DNA of 61,222 bases, the filler included. It is 10 parts of 10 records of this genome, joined end to end, with 100 filler letters (N's around TTAATTAATTAA, not from the genome) between each part and the next. Parts side by side here need not be neighbours in the genome. Positions count along the whole stretch, not along the records: positions 29,394 to 35,165 come from SRR20825010_5007; positions 35,266 to 39,719 come from SRR20825010_5012; positions 39,820 to 49,722 come from SRR20825010_5013; 7 more parts are not named here. One strand, 5' to 3'. Below the pieces are notes generated by a model, which saw nothing but the letters and a program-made list of their open reading frames with translations, searched no databases and was not told the DNA's origin. The translations under genes and the position numbers were made by a program. This document shows, in pieces, positions 32,174 through 42,064 of this stretch (position 1 is its first letter; the number at the start of each line of letters is the position of its first letter).

Positions 32174-33151
32174 TCACTCGGCAGCTATGGGTTGGGCGGC
32201 ACGCAGACAGGCCACGCGGCGGCGGTCGCCGGGGGCCAACATCGGCGGCAGATCGGCGCGACAGTCGGGCATCGCCACGGGGCAGCGCGGCGCAAAGGGG
32301 CAGCTATCAGGCCGCACCTCCAGCGCGGGCGGCGCGCCGGGGATCGCGGACAGGCGTTCGCCGCGCGCCACATCGTGCAGGTTCGCGGCCAGCAGCCCTT
32401 GTGTATAGGGGTGGCGCGCGTCTCGGATGATCTCGTGCGTGGTACCCTCTTCGATGATCTGGCCCGCATACATCACGGCGATCCTCTCGGAGATTTCCAC
32501 GGCCACGCCGATGTCATGGGTGACAAAGATCACCCCCATGCCGAATTCCTTTTGCAACTCACGCAGCAACAGCAGGATCTGGATCTGCACCGTCGCATCC
32601 AGCGCGGTTGTCGGCTCATCCGCCAGCAACAGGCGCGGGCGGCAGACCAGCGCCAGTGCGATCATCACGCGCTGACGCATTCCGCCGGACAGTTCGTGCG
32701 GATAGTTATGCAGCCGCCGGTTGGCGGACGGGATGCGCACCCGGTCCAGCATGTCCAGCGCGGTTGACATGGCATTGGCCTTGTCCACGCCCTTGTGCCG
32801 CATGACGGATTCCGCGATTTGGTGACCGATGGTATACACCGGGTCCAGTGCCAGCGCCGGTTCCTGAAACACCATCGACACCTCACCGCCGCGATAGCGT
32901 TGCAGCGCCTTGCCGCGCAGGGACATGATGTCGACACCGTTGACATGGATCGAACCGTCGATCTGCGACCGTTTCGGCGGCAGCAGCCCAAGCAGTGTCT
33001 TCAGCGTTACGGATTTTCCCGACCCGCTTTCGCCCAACAGCGCCAGCGTCTCACCCTGCTCCATTGACAGCGACACGTCATTGATGGCGTGAACCGTGCG
33101 CTTGCCTTTGAAGCGCACGTTAAGGTTCTTCATCTCAAGCAGCTTGGTCAT
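32174..33151 (-). CDS. Peptide-type ABC transporter ATP-binding protein (OppD/DppD-like)
   Basis: GESGSGKS, LSGGMRQR, ADEPT, CPFAPRC. Confidence 0.92.
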   Translation of the reverse strand: MTKLLEMKNLNVRFKGKRTVHAINDVSLSMEQGETLALLGESGSGKSVTLKTLLGLLPPKRSQIDGSIHVNGVDIMSLRGKALQRYRGGEVSMVFQEPALALDPVYTIGHQIAESVMRHKGVDKANAMSTALDMLDRVRIPSANRRLHNYPHELSGGMRQRVMIALALVCRPRLLLADEPTTALDATVQIQILLLLRELQKEFGMGVIFVTHDIGVAVEISERIAVMYAGQIIEEGTTHEIIRDARHPYTQGLLAANLHDVARGERLSAIPGAPPALEVRPDSCPFAPRCPVAMPDCRADLPPMLAPGDRRRVACLRAAQPIAAE

Positions 33152-34197
33152 TCTGGAACCCCCTGCCCCGCCTTGGGATGGCCGGACTGCGCATCATGCA
33201 GATGGCAAGCCACCATGTGATCGCCGTTACGCGCCAGCCCCGATAGCTTCGGCACGGCCTCCTTGCAGACCGCGCTGGCAAAGCGGCAGCGGGTGTGGAA
33301 CCGGCAACCCGAAGGCGGATTGATCGGGTTCGGCGGATCGCCCGCCAAAGGTGGTTCCTTGGTCCGATTGTCCGGGTCCATCGACGGCATCGCCGAGAAC
33401 AGCGAGCGCGTGTAGGGATGCGCCTGCTCTTGCCAGATGCTGTCCACCGGCGCGACCTCGACCACCTCACCCAGATACATCACCAGAATCCGGTCAGAGA
33501 TATAACGCACCACGTTCAGGTCATGGCTGATGAACACATAAGTCAGGCCAAATTCGGCGCGCAGGTCGTTGAGCAGGTTCAGAACCTGCGCCTCGACCGA
33601 TTTGTCCAGCGCGGACACCGCCTCATCCAGCACCACCAGACGCGGTGACATGGCAAGTGCGCGGGCGATGTTCACCCGCTGCCGCTGTCCCCCGGACAGT
33701 TCATGCGGATAGCGGTGGGCAAATCGGTCGGGGTCCAGACCGACGCGGTCCATCATCTTGCGGGCCAGTTCCTCGGGGTTGTCCAACCCCTGCACCTTTG
33801 CCCCGAAGGCCACGGAATCGAGGATCGTCAGGCGCGGGTTCAGGGTGGCATAGCTGTCTTGAAACACCATCTGCACACCGCGGCGCAGATCCTTCAGCGA
33901 CAGGCGTTCTCCCAGCGCATGACCGTCAAAGACGATCTCGCCCTTGTCCTTTTCCACAAGCCCGATCAGCAGCTTGGCGGTGGTGGACTTGCCGCAGCCG
34001 GATTCCCCGACAATGCCAAGCGTCTCACCCTTTTTGACCTCAAAGGACACGCCATCAACGGCCTGCACCTTGGCCTGCGTGCGGCCAAGAATACCGCCAC
34101 GAATGGGAAAGTATTTTTGCAAGCCAGTCACGCGGATCAGCGGTTGCGCCGGGCCGCCGGTGTCCGGGGTTGGCTGGTAGGTGTCAGTCACGGACAT
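33148..34197 (-). CDS. Peptide-type ABC transporter ATP-binding protein (OppF/DppF-like)
   Basis: GESGCGKST, LSGGQRQR, CRFHTRC. Confidence 0.92.
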   Translation of the reverse strand: MSVTDTYQPTPDTGGPAQPLIRVTGLQKYFPIRGGILGRTQAKVQAVDGVSFEVKKGETLGIVGESGCGKSTTAKLLIGLVEKDKGEIVFDGHALGERLSLKDLRRGVQMVFQDSYATLNPRLTILDSVAFGAKVQGLDNPEELARKMMDRVGLDPDRFAHRYPHELSGGQRQRVNIARALAMSPRLVVLDEAVSALDKSVEAQVLNLLNDLRAEFGLTYVFISHDLNVVRYISDRILVMYLGEVVEVAPVDSIWQEQAHPYTRSLFSAMPSMDPDNRTKEPPLAGDPPNPINPPSGCRFHTRCRFASAVCKEAVPKLSGLARNGDHMVACHLHDAQSGHPKAGQGVPE

Positions 34198-35074
34198 TCA
34201 TGGCACTCCTAAGACCGTCGCTCAGCAAGTTCAGGCACAGCGAGGTGACAAAGATCATCACGCCGGGCAGTGCCGACAGCCACGGGTTGATGTAGATAAC
34301 GGACCGCAGCGTGTTCAGCATCAAACCCCACTCCGGCTCTGGCGGGCGCACGCCGATGCCAAGAAAGGACAGACCCGCAGCAAGGATCATGCAAACCGAT
34401 GTCAGCGAGGTTGCGTAAACAAAGATCGGAGACAAAACGTTGCCGATCACATGCACCCGGATAACGGTCCAGGCATTGGCTCCGGTGGCGCGAGCGGCGT
34501 CGATATAGTCCAGCTTGCGCACGCCCGATGTCACCGCCTCGGCCACGCGCGTAATCGGCGGGATAAAGACGATGGTCAGCGACACAAGACTGTTGGTGAT
34601 CCCCGCCCCCAGCGCGCCGGATATGGCGATGGCCAGCAGCACAGACGGAAAGGCAAAGAACACATCAATCGTTCGCATGATGATGGTGTTGGTCAGACCC
34701 CCGACGTAACCGGCGGTGATCCCAAGGATCGAACCTGCGAAGAAGGCGATGACCACCGGCATCAGCCCGATGAACAGCGTCAGCCGCCCACCATAGATCA
34801 GCCGGGCCAGCATATCGCGGCCCTGCTCATCGGTGCCCAGCGGATAGCCGGGGGCGCCGATGGGCTTCAGTCGGGCGATCATCGATCCTTTGTAGGGATC
34901 GGCCAGCCCCAGATAGGGGGCAAAGGCCGCCGACAGGATCAGCGCGGCGATCACTGCAAGGCAGAACATGGTCAAAGGGTCACGGACCAGCCGGTGACCA
35001 ACGCCGGACCAATAGCCCTTGGATTTCTCGACTTTCTCGGGGGTGGGGAGCGTGGTGGTGTCAGCCAAGGCCAT
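34184..35074 (-). CDS. Peptide-type ABC transporter permease (OppC-like)
   Basis: LGTDEQGRD, YIDAARATGA, LSFLGIG...PEWG. Confidence 0.9.
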   Translation of the reverse strand: MALADTTTLPTPEKVEKSKGYWSGVGHRLVRDPLTMFCLAVIAALILSAAFAPYLGLADPYKGSMIARLKPIGAPGYPLGTDEQGRDMLARLIYGGRLTLFIGLMPVVIAFFAGSILGITAGYVGGLTNTIIMRTIDVFFAFPSVLLAIAISGALGAGITNSLVSLTIVFIPPITRVAEAVTSGVRKLDYIDAARATGANAWTVIRVHVIGNVLSPIFVYATSLTSVCMILAAGLSFLGIGVRPPEPEWGLMLNTLRSVIYINPWLSALPGVMIFVTSLCLNLLSDGLRSAMNVRD

Positions 35075-35077
35075 GCG

Positions 35078-35165
35078 TCACGTCCTCTGGATACGGGGGT
35101 CGATGGCGGCCTGCACCACATCGACAATCAGGTTCATCGCCACAAAGAACAGCGCAAGGATCAGG
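35078..35165 (-). CDS. ABC permease (OppB-like), C-terminal fragment
   Basis: Translates to ...FFVAMNLIVDVVQAAIDPRIQRT*. Confidence 0.75.
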
Positions 35166-35265
35166 NNNNNNNNNNNNNNNNNNNNNNNNNNNNNNNNNNN
35201 NNNNNNNNNTTAATTAATTAANNNNNNNNNNNNNNNNNNNNNNNNNNNNNNNNNNNNNNNNNNNN

Positions 35266-35519
35266 GGGACGACCCGCGGGCCCGGCCGTTGGCCGAGACG
35301 GAGTTTGCGGTCTCGGTGGTCTTCCAGTTGGTGCACGAGGACCGTGCGGCGGAGGCTGCGGCGATGCTGGACAGCTTCGCGACCGAACGGAGTGAGATTC
35401 TCCGCATCCTCGGCGCTCTGGAGTCGATGTACAGCCGCATCGGCGCGACCCGGCTGGCCGAGCCCTACGCCGAGGTGGTTCGGGCGCTGACCGAGGAGCC
35501 GGGGCAGGGCCCGCCGTGA
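35266..35519 (+). CDS. Hypothetical protein, C-terminal fragment
   Basis: Open frame from the contig start; stop overlaps the dinB start (GTGA). Confidence 0.5.
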
Positions 35520-36688
35520 CCCGCGCGATCCTCCACGTCGATATGGACGCGTTCTTTGCGTCCGTCGAGCAGCTCGACAACCCCGAGCTGCGCGGCAAAC
35601 CCGTGCTGGTCGGCGGCACCGGGCCGCGCGGGGTTGTCGCGGCCGCGAGCTACGAGGCCCGCAAGTTCGGCTGCCACAGCGCCATGCCCTCGGCCGTCGC
35701 GAGGCGGCTCTGCCCGCACGCGGTCTTCGTGAAGGGCCACTACGACCGCTACCGCGAGCTGTCCGACCGGATCTTTGCGATCTTCGACGACTTCACCCCG
35801 CTCGTGCAGCCGCTCTCGATCGACGAGGCCTTCCTGGACGTTTCCGGTTCGGTGCGGCTGCTGGGCCCGGCGGTCTCGATCGCCGAGCGGATCCGCGCGC
35901 GCATCGGCGACGAGGTCGGCCTGACCGCCTCGGTCGGCGTCGCGCCCAACAAGTTCCTCGCCAAGCTGGCCAGCGACATGGACAAACCCGACGGCCTGAC
36001 CATCATCACCCCCGATCGCGTGCAGGAGATCCTCGACCCGCTCCCGGTTGGTCAGATGTGGGGCATCGGCCCGGCCGCGGAGAAGCGGCTGCACAGGCTG
36101 GGCCTGCGTACGTTCGCGCAGCTCCGCGAGATCGACCCCGCGGCGTTGCGCGCGTCGCTCGGTTCGTGGGGCGAGCGGGCCAGCCGGCTGGCCCGGGGCG
36201 AGGACGACCGGCCGGTCGTGCCCGACGGCGAGGCCAAGAGCATCGGGCACGAAACAACGTTTCATGCCAACCTCACCGACGCCGAGCAGGTGCGGGGTGT
36301 GCTGCTGCGGCTGACCGAGGACACCGCGCGGCGCCTCCGCCGCAAGGGCCGCGGCGCGCGCACGGTGACGTGCAAGATCCGCTTCGGCGACTTTGAGACC
36401 ATCACGCGGTCGCGAACACTCGACCACGCGACGGACTCGACGGCCGAGCTGTGGGACGCGGCACGGGGGATCTTCGACACGTGGGCTGCGCGCAGCTTCC
36501 GCCCGGTGCGGCTCATCGGGGTCGCGACGAGCGGCCTGGCCCATCACGCCGACCCGCAGCTGCCGCTGTTCGGCGACCCGGAGGCGGCGCGGCGCACGGC
36601 GATCGATACCGCCAGTGACGCGATCACGGCGAGGTTTGGCCGCGGCGCGGTGCGTCGTGCGCGCACACTCCGCGACCCGCCCGAGTAG
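35516..36688 (+). CDS. dinB: DNA polymerase IV
   Basis: ILHVDMDAFFASVE, ASYEARKFG, SIDEAFLD, NKFLAKLAS, VRLIGV. Confidence 0.95.
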   Translation: MTRAILHVDMDAFFASVEQLDNPELRGKPVLVGGTGPRGVVAAASYEARKFGCHSAMPSAVARRLCPHAVFVKGHYDRYRELSDRIFAIFDDFTPLVQPLSIDEAFLDVSGSVRLLGPAVSIAERIRARIGDEVGLTASVGVAPNKFLAKLASDMDKPDGLTIITPDRVQEILDPLPVGQMWGIGPAAEKRLHRLGLRTFAQLREIDPAALRASLGSWGERASRLARGEDDRPVVPDGEAKSIGHETTFHANLTDAEQVRGVLLRLTEDTARRLRRKGRGARTVTCKIRFGDFETITRSRTLDHATDSTAELWDAARGIFDTWAARSFRPVRLIGVATSGLAHHADPQLPLFGDPEAARRTAIDTASDAITARFGRGAVRRARTLRDPPE

Positions 36689-37160
36689 CGCGCGACGCGT
36701 GCGCCGGGCGTGTCGGCGTCCGGCGCCAGAAAGAGTTTCTCTATTCAGACTGTGAATAATGTTTCAAAGCACGCCGGATCAGCGCCGCGGCGCGCGCACC
36801 TCGAAGTTGTCGCGGCTGGGCCGGTTGTCGCGGTTGGGCTCACCGACCATCCTCCTATCGGTGTCGGCGTTTCACGCGTGTGCGGCGCTCCCAGGCGGGA
36901 AGACCGTCCGACGAGGGCGTGCGTGCCGGCGGCGTGAAGTGTGCGGCCGGAGTGCGCCCACAACGCGGTGTTTCGCTGCGCACGGCGCGTGAACGGGTAT
37001 GCATTCCCGGAACGTTCCGGAACACACGACGGAAAAACCGACAGAGGCTGGATCAGTTTGCACCCGCGGTCGTACACTCCCGGCTTCTATTTCTTCGCCC
37101 CGCTGCGCGTTCTGCGCATGGGTACACGTTTCGAAAGACATCCAGAAGAGGAGAACCCGC

Positions 37161-37640
37161 ATGGGACTCGTGAAGGAATTCCGGGAGTTCGCGCTCAAGG
37201 GCAACGTCATGGACATGGCCGTCGGCATCATCATCGGTGGTGCGTTCGGGCTGATCGTCAAGTCGTTTATCGCCGATGTGATCATGCCGATCGTTGGTAT
37301 CGCGGGGAAGGCTGATTTCAGCAATCTGTACATCCCGCTCACGCAGGGCGCCAAGGACAAGATCGCCGAGGCGGTCGCCTCGGCGGACCCGGCGGTGGCG
37401 GTGCTGCCGATCGACCAGGCCCGAGCCCTCGGCCCGGTCCTCGCCTACGGCAACTTCATCACCGTCCTGATCAACTTCCTGATCCTGGCGTTCGCGATCT
37501 TTATGATGATCAAGCTCATGAACAACGCCCGCAAGAAGTTTGAGAAGGAGCAGGAGGAGGCCCCGGCCCCCGAGCCGGCACCCGCGGCCGACGTGGTCCT
37601 GCTGACCGAGATCCGCGACCTGCTCCAGGCGCAAAAATAG
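37161..37640 (+). CDS. mscL: Large-conductance mechanosensitive channel
   Basis: KEFREFALKGNVMDMAVGIIIGGAF...YGNFI...LLTEIRDLL; GAGGAG RBS. Confidence 0.95.
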   Translation: MGLVKEFREFALKGNVMDMAVGIIIGGAFGLIVKSFIADVIMPIVGIAGKADFSNLYIPLTQGAKDKIAEAVASADPAVAVLPIDQARALGPVLAYGNFITVLINFLILAFAIFMMIKLMNNARKKFEKEQEEAPAPEPAPAADVVLLTEIRDLLQAQK

Positions 37641-37909
37641 CCGAACACCCCCCCGGCATATTCTGCGGGTAGTTTGTGTCGGAAGGTGAGCAGGACAGGC
37701 CTAGTATTAGGGCCCGGGGGCGGACATGCCGCCCCGGAGGCAGCGAGGACGCGTTCTGTGCCCCGCTGAAGACGCGGGGCCGGAAGGGACTCCACCCGCA
37801 CGCCTGTCTGCATCGTCGCGGGACCATTCCCCCGCTCATCCCGTTTCTGTCCGGAAGTCCGGGCTCGTACTGAATTTCTGATAGCTCTGAACACTGAGGA
37901 GGCTCGCAC

Positions 37910-39583
37910 ATGAAGGTCCAGAATTGGCTTAAAGCAACGGTGGGCGCTGCAGCGATCACCGCCATGATGATGGCGGGGGCGTGTACGTCCGACGGCGGTG
38001 CCGGCAAAAGCACCCACGAGTACTACACCACCGGCAAGTGGCAGTACGGCCGCCAGAAGGGCGTCTCCGCTCCGGCTCCCGCGCCGGTCAAGCAGGCGGC
38101 CAAGCCCGCGGACAAGCCGGCCGACAAGCCCGCGCGTCCCGCGCCGCAGCGTTCCACCCGCGGCTGCAACCCCGACGTCGGTGCCAACGAGACCGTCGTC
38201 AGCCAGGCGTTCCCCACCGGTGAGATGTCCTCCAGCGCGCTGGTCGTCTACACGATCATGCCGAAGGAAGTCCGCCTCAACCAGCCGTACGAGTACCGCC
38301 TGCAGGTGTGCAACCTGACCAGCGGCGAGCTCCAGAACGTTGTCGTGACCCACGAGAACGGGAACAACATGGAGATGGTCAACTCCAGCCCCGCCGCCAG
38401 CCGCGGCGCCGACGGCAGCCCCCAGTGGGTCCTCGGCAACTTGGGTGCCAACGAGAGCGAGATCATCACCGTGACCGCCAAGGCCACCCGCACCGGGCTC
38501 AGCTCCAACTGCGTGGCCGCGACCTTCAACAACCTGCTCTGCGCCGAGACCACGGTCGTCGAGCCGGCCCTCGCGCTCCGCAAGACCGCGACCCCGCAGG
38601 CCCTGCTCTGCGATCCGATCCAGCTCACCTACGTCGTGACCAACTCCGGTACCGGCGCGTGCGACAACGTCGTCGTGCGTGACACCCTCGCCGACGGCCT
38701 GACCGTCAACGGCTCGCGCAACGTCAGCTTCAACGCTGGTGCGCTCGCCGCCGGTGAGTCCAAGGAGTTCAAGGTCGCCGCGAAGGCCAGCCGCACCGGC
38801 AACTTCTCGTCGCCGGCCTCCGCCACCAGCGGCTGCGGCGCCGACGCCAACGCCTCGGCGGTCTCCACCGTCGTGACCCAGCCCAAGCTCACCATCGCTG
38901 CCGAGTGCATCGATCGCGTCTTCCTGGGCCGCAACATCACCTTCACGTGGAACGTCACCAACATCGGCGACGCCGCGTGTGAGAACACCACCATCTCCGC
39001 TCCCGTCCCGGCCGGCTCGACCTTCGTCAGCGCCACCGGCGGCGGCACCCTCAACGGCAACACCGTTGTCTGGAACGCGGGCTCCATCTCCGCCTCGGGC
39101 GGTGAGCGTTCGGTCAGCATGACCGTCGCCCCGACCGGCATCGGCACCATCCGCGCCGCGGCCACGGCCGACTGCGTCTGTGCCGAGCAGGTCGCCGACA
39201 CGTGCGAGACCAAGGTCGAAGGCATCCCGGCCATCCTCCTCGAGGTGGTTGACAGCCCCGACCCGATCCGCGTCGGCGATTCGGTCACCTACACCATCAC
39301 CGTGACCAACCAGGGTTCGGCCATGGGTCGCAACATTGCCATCGTGTGCAACATCCCCGCGCAGCAGACCTTCGTCTCTGCCGGTGGTGCGACCAACGGC
39401 GCGGTCTCCGGCCAGCGCGTCACCTTCGCCACGCTTCCCACCCTCGCCCCCAAGGCCTCCGCGACCTTCACCGTCGTGGTCCGGGCCAACGCGGCCGGCA
39501 ACGTCCGCTTCGGCACCTCGATGACCTCCGAGGTCTTCGAGACCCCGATCGAGGAAACCGAGGCCACCTACATGTACGAGTGA
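37910..39583 (+). CDS. Cysteine-rich envelope protein with DUF11 Ig-like domains, OmcB-like
   Basis: Lipoprotein-like leader (MAGAC), Pro/Lys-rich linker, four Ig-like repeats, 14 Cys; C-terminal GIPAILLEVVDSPDPIRVGDSVTYTITVTNQG resembles chlamydial OmcB as recalled. Confidence 0.75.
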   Translation: MKVQNWLKATVGAAAITAMMMAGACTSDGGAGKSTHEYYTTGKWQYGRQKGVSAPAPAPVKQAAKPADKPADKPARPAPQRSTRGCNPDVGANETVVSQAFPTGEMSSSALVVYTIMPKEVRLNQPYEYRLQVCNLTSGELQNVVVTHENGNNMEMVNSSPAASRGADGSPQWVLGNLGANESEIITVTAKATRTGLSSNCVAATFNNLLCAETTVVEPALALRKTATPQALLCDPIQLTYVVTNSGTGACDNVVVRDTLADGLTVNGSRNVSFNAGALAAGESKEFKVAAKASRTGNFSSPASATSGCGADANASAVSTVVTQPKLTIAAECIDRVFLGRNITFTWNVTNIGDAACENTTISAPVPAGSTFVSATGGGTLNGNTVVWNAGSISASGGERSVSMTVAPTGIGTIRAAATADCVCAEQVADTCETKVEGIPAILLEVVDSPDPIRVGDSVTYTITVTNQGSAMGRNIAIVCNIPAQQTFVSAGGATNGAVSGQRVTFATLPTLAPKASATFTVVVRANAAGNVRFGTSMTSEVFETPIEETEATYMYE

Positions 39584-39637
39584 TCCGCTCGACCTGAGCT
39601 GATCACCGGCGGCCCGGCCGCCGACCTATGACCCACG

Positions 39638-39674
39638 CAGCGGGCCCGGAGCAATCCGGGCCCGCTGTCTTTTT
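39638..39674 (+). terminator. Rho-independent terminator
   Basis: Perfect 13-bp stem CAGCGGGCCCGGA, loop GCAA, TCCGGGCCCGCTG, then TCTTTTT. Confidence 0.88.
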
Positions 39675-39819
39675 GTGCGAGGTACACTGCCCCGACCCAG
39701 CAACGGAGCCAACCCCATGNNNNNNNNNNNNNNNNNNNNNNNNNNNNNNNNNNNNNNNNNNNNTTAATTAATTAANNNNNNNNNNNNNNNNNNNNNNNNN
39801 NNNNNNNNNNNNNNNNNNN

Positions 39820-40401
39820 AACATGGGGATCGAGATCCTTGCGCCGGCCTATTACGGCCGCCGACAGGTCAATGTTGTCGGTGACAGGAAGATCATGACG
39901 CCCGCGGACATGTCCGGCATCAAGCTGCGCATGCCCGGCGGCGAAAGCTGGCAGTTCCTCGGCAAGGCGATCGGCGCCAATCCGGTGCCGATCGCCTATC
40001 CGGAGGTTTACACGGCCTTGCAGACCGGCGTGATCGACGGTCAGGACAACCCGCTTCCCAACGACAGGGCGATGAAGTTCTACGAGGTGACGGATCAGAT
40101 CGTGCTCACCGGACACAATGTCGGCTTCGGCATGCTGATCATGAGCGCGGACCGGTTTGACAGCCTGAGCGAGGAACAGCAGCAGACCCTGCGTGATGCC
40201 GCGGAGAAGGCCTTTACCTGGTCGAATGCGCAGTATCTGAAAGAGGAAGACGAACTCGTATCCTTCTTCAAGGACGAGGGACTCGACGTCTACACGCCCG
40301 ATATCGACGCTTTCCGTACCTATGCACAGAATCAGTATCTCGAGTCGGACATGTCCGAACAGTGGCCGGAAGGGATGCTGGACAAGATCAACGGTCTTTG
40401 A
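39820..40401 (+). CDS. dctP: TRAP substrate-binding protein DctP (5' truncated)
   Basis: GIKLRMPG, EVYTALQTGVIDGQDNP, MKFYEV. Confidence 0.88.
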   Translation, partial: NMGIEILAPAYYGRRQVNVVGDRKIMTPADMSGIKLRMPGGESWQFLGKAIGANPVPIAYPEVYTALQTGVIDGQDNPLPNDRAMKFYEVTDQIVLTGHNVGFGMLIMSADRFDSLSEEQQQTLRDAAEKAFTWSNAQYLKEEDELVSFFKDEGLDVYTPDIDAFRTYAQNQYLESDMSEQWPEGMLDKINGL

Positions 40402-40511
40402 GGAGGAGCAGGTTTACGGACTGAGAAATCATGGGAGCGCGCGATTCTCGCGCGACAATCACGACATCCTGCAACGGGAGATCGGCGGGATGCAAACAGG
40501 AGGAGAAAGAA

Positions 40512-41495
40512 ATGATCAATCGTAGAAATCTTCTGGGTGCCGCAGCATCCATCGGACTGGCATTTGCAAGTTTTGCCCCGGCACTGGCACAGGATGTGCC
40601 GCAGCTTCGTTTTTCCGCGGTGTTTTCCGAGCAGGACATCCGCGCGGATATGATGAAGCAGCTTGAGGAGCAGGTCGCAGACATCGCCGACCTCGAGCTC
40701 TACTATGGCGGCAATCTGTTCAAGCAAACCACCGAGATTATCGCCATCCAGCGCGGCAATCTGGAGATGGGCAACGTCTCGCCGCAGGATATCGCCACGC
40801 AGGTGCCGGCCTTTTCCATTCTGACGTCTGCTTATCTGTTCCGGGATGCCGAGCATCTCAATGCCTTCTTCAAGAGCGATGCCGGGGCCGAGATGAAGGC
40901 CATGGCGGAAGATCAGCTTGGCATCCATATCCTCGGGCCGACCTATTTCGGCACGCGTCAGGTCGGTCTGCGCATCGACAAGGAGATCAATACGCCGGAA
41001 GACATGTCCGGTGTGAAGCTCAGAATGCCCGGCGGCGACGCCTGGCAGTTCCTCGGCCGTGCGCTTGGCGCCAACCCAACGCCAATGGCCTATGCCGAGG
41101 TCTATACCGGGCTTCAAACCGGCGCGATCGACGGCCAGGACAATCCGTTACCCAACGTCGAGAACATGAAGTTCTACGAAGTCATGGACCAGATCGTGAT
41201 GACCTCGCATCTGGTAGGCTATGACCTGCTGGTGATTTCGCAGAAGGTCTGGGATTCCTTCACCGACGAGCAACGCACGGCATTCGAGGCCGCCGCCGAC
41301 GAGGCGATCGCCTGGAGCACGGAGCAGCATCTGGCGCGCGAGGGCGAACTGGCTTCATCCTTCGAGGAACAGGGGCTGAAGATCTACACGCCCGATGTCG
41401 ATGCCTTCCGCGAACATGCTCAGAAGATGTATCTTGACTCCGACCTGTCGAAAGACTGGCCGGCAGGCATGCTTGATCGCATCAACGCACTCTGA
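40512..41495 (+). CDS. dctP: TRAP substrate-binding protein DctP
   Basis: NRRNLL (Tat-like) leader; KLRMPG, EVYTGLQTGAIDGQDNP; AGGAG RBS. Confidence 0.9.
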   Translation: MINRRNLLGAAASIGLAFASFAPALAQDVPQLRFSAVFSEQDIRADMMKQLEEQVADIADLELYYGGNLFKQTTEIIAIQRGNLEMGNVSPQDIATQVPAFSILTSAYLFRDAEHLNAFFKSDAGAEMKAMAEDQLGIHILGPTYFGTRQVGLRIDKEINTPEDMSGVKLRMPGGDAWQFLGRALGANPTPMAYAEVYTGLQTGAIDGQDNPLPNVENMKFYEVMDQIVMTSHLVGYDLLVISQKVWDSFTDEQRTAFEAAADEAIAWSTEQHLAREGELASSFEEQGLKIYTPDVDAFREHAQKMYLDSDLSKDWPAGMLDRINAL

Positions 41496-41506
41496 GCTAA
41501 CCGTCA

Positions 41507-42064
41507 ATGATCGCACCCGGCGCGCCGGGTGCGATCCATTCGAGGCAGAAAACCTTGCAGAAACTGATGCAAACAGGCGCATGGCTGCACCGCAGGGCCG
41601 AGAATATCGCCGCTTTGATGCTAGCGGTCATGTTCTGCGCCTTCATTGTCCAAGTGGCGTTCCGCTACCTTCTCAACCTGCCGGTCGGCGGCGCGTCCGA
41701 GTTGACGATCCTGATGTGGCTTTGGCTCGTGCTCTGGGGCGCGGCTTTCGTGCTGCGGGAGTCGGACGAAATCCGTTTTGATTTCGTGCTGACGCTCGCC
41801 AGTCGCCCGGTCCGGCGCGTGATGTCGCTGCTGGCGGCGGCGGCGCTGCTGTTTCTCTACGGCTATTCCCTGCCGGCCGTGTGGGACTACGTGACCTTCA
41901 TGAAGGTCCAGGAAACGTCCTATCTCGATATTCGCTACGACTATGTCTATTCGATCTACATCATTTTCGCCGTTGCCACGCTTGCGCGTTATGCCTGGCT
42001 GTTCTGGAGCGCCTTGACCAACCGGTATGTCGAGCATGCCGAGCGCGGGGAGCATGAGGAATGA
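41507..42064 (+). CDS. dctQ: TRAP small permease DctQ
   Basis: Four TM helices, QVAFRY...ELT; start uncertain (41507 or 41567). Confidence 0.85.
   Translation: MIAPGAPGAIHSRQKTLQKLMQTGAWLHRRAENIAALMLAVMFCAFIVQVAFRYLLNLPVGGASELTILMWLWLVLWGAAFVLRESDEIRFDFVLTLASRPVRRVMSLLAAAALLFLYGYSLPAVWDYVTFMKVQETSYLDIRYDYVYSIYIIFAVATLARYAWLFWSALTNRYVEHAERGEHEE

Noticed and set aside
36689-37160. Long GC-rich intergenic region before mscL as a possible ncRNA or riboswitch
   Set aside because: I could not identify a known RNA motif or a convincing structure by eye; an Rfam/Infernal search would be needed.
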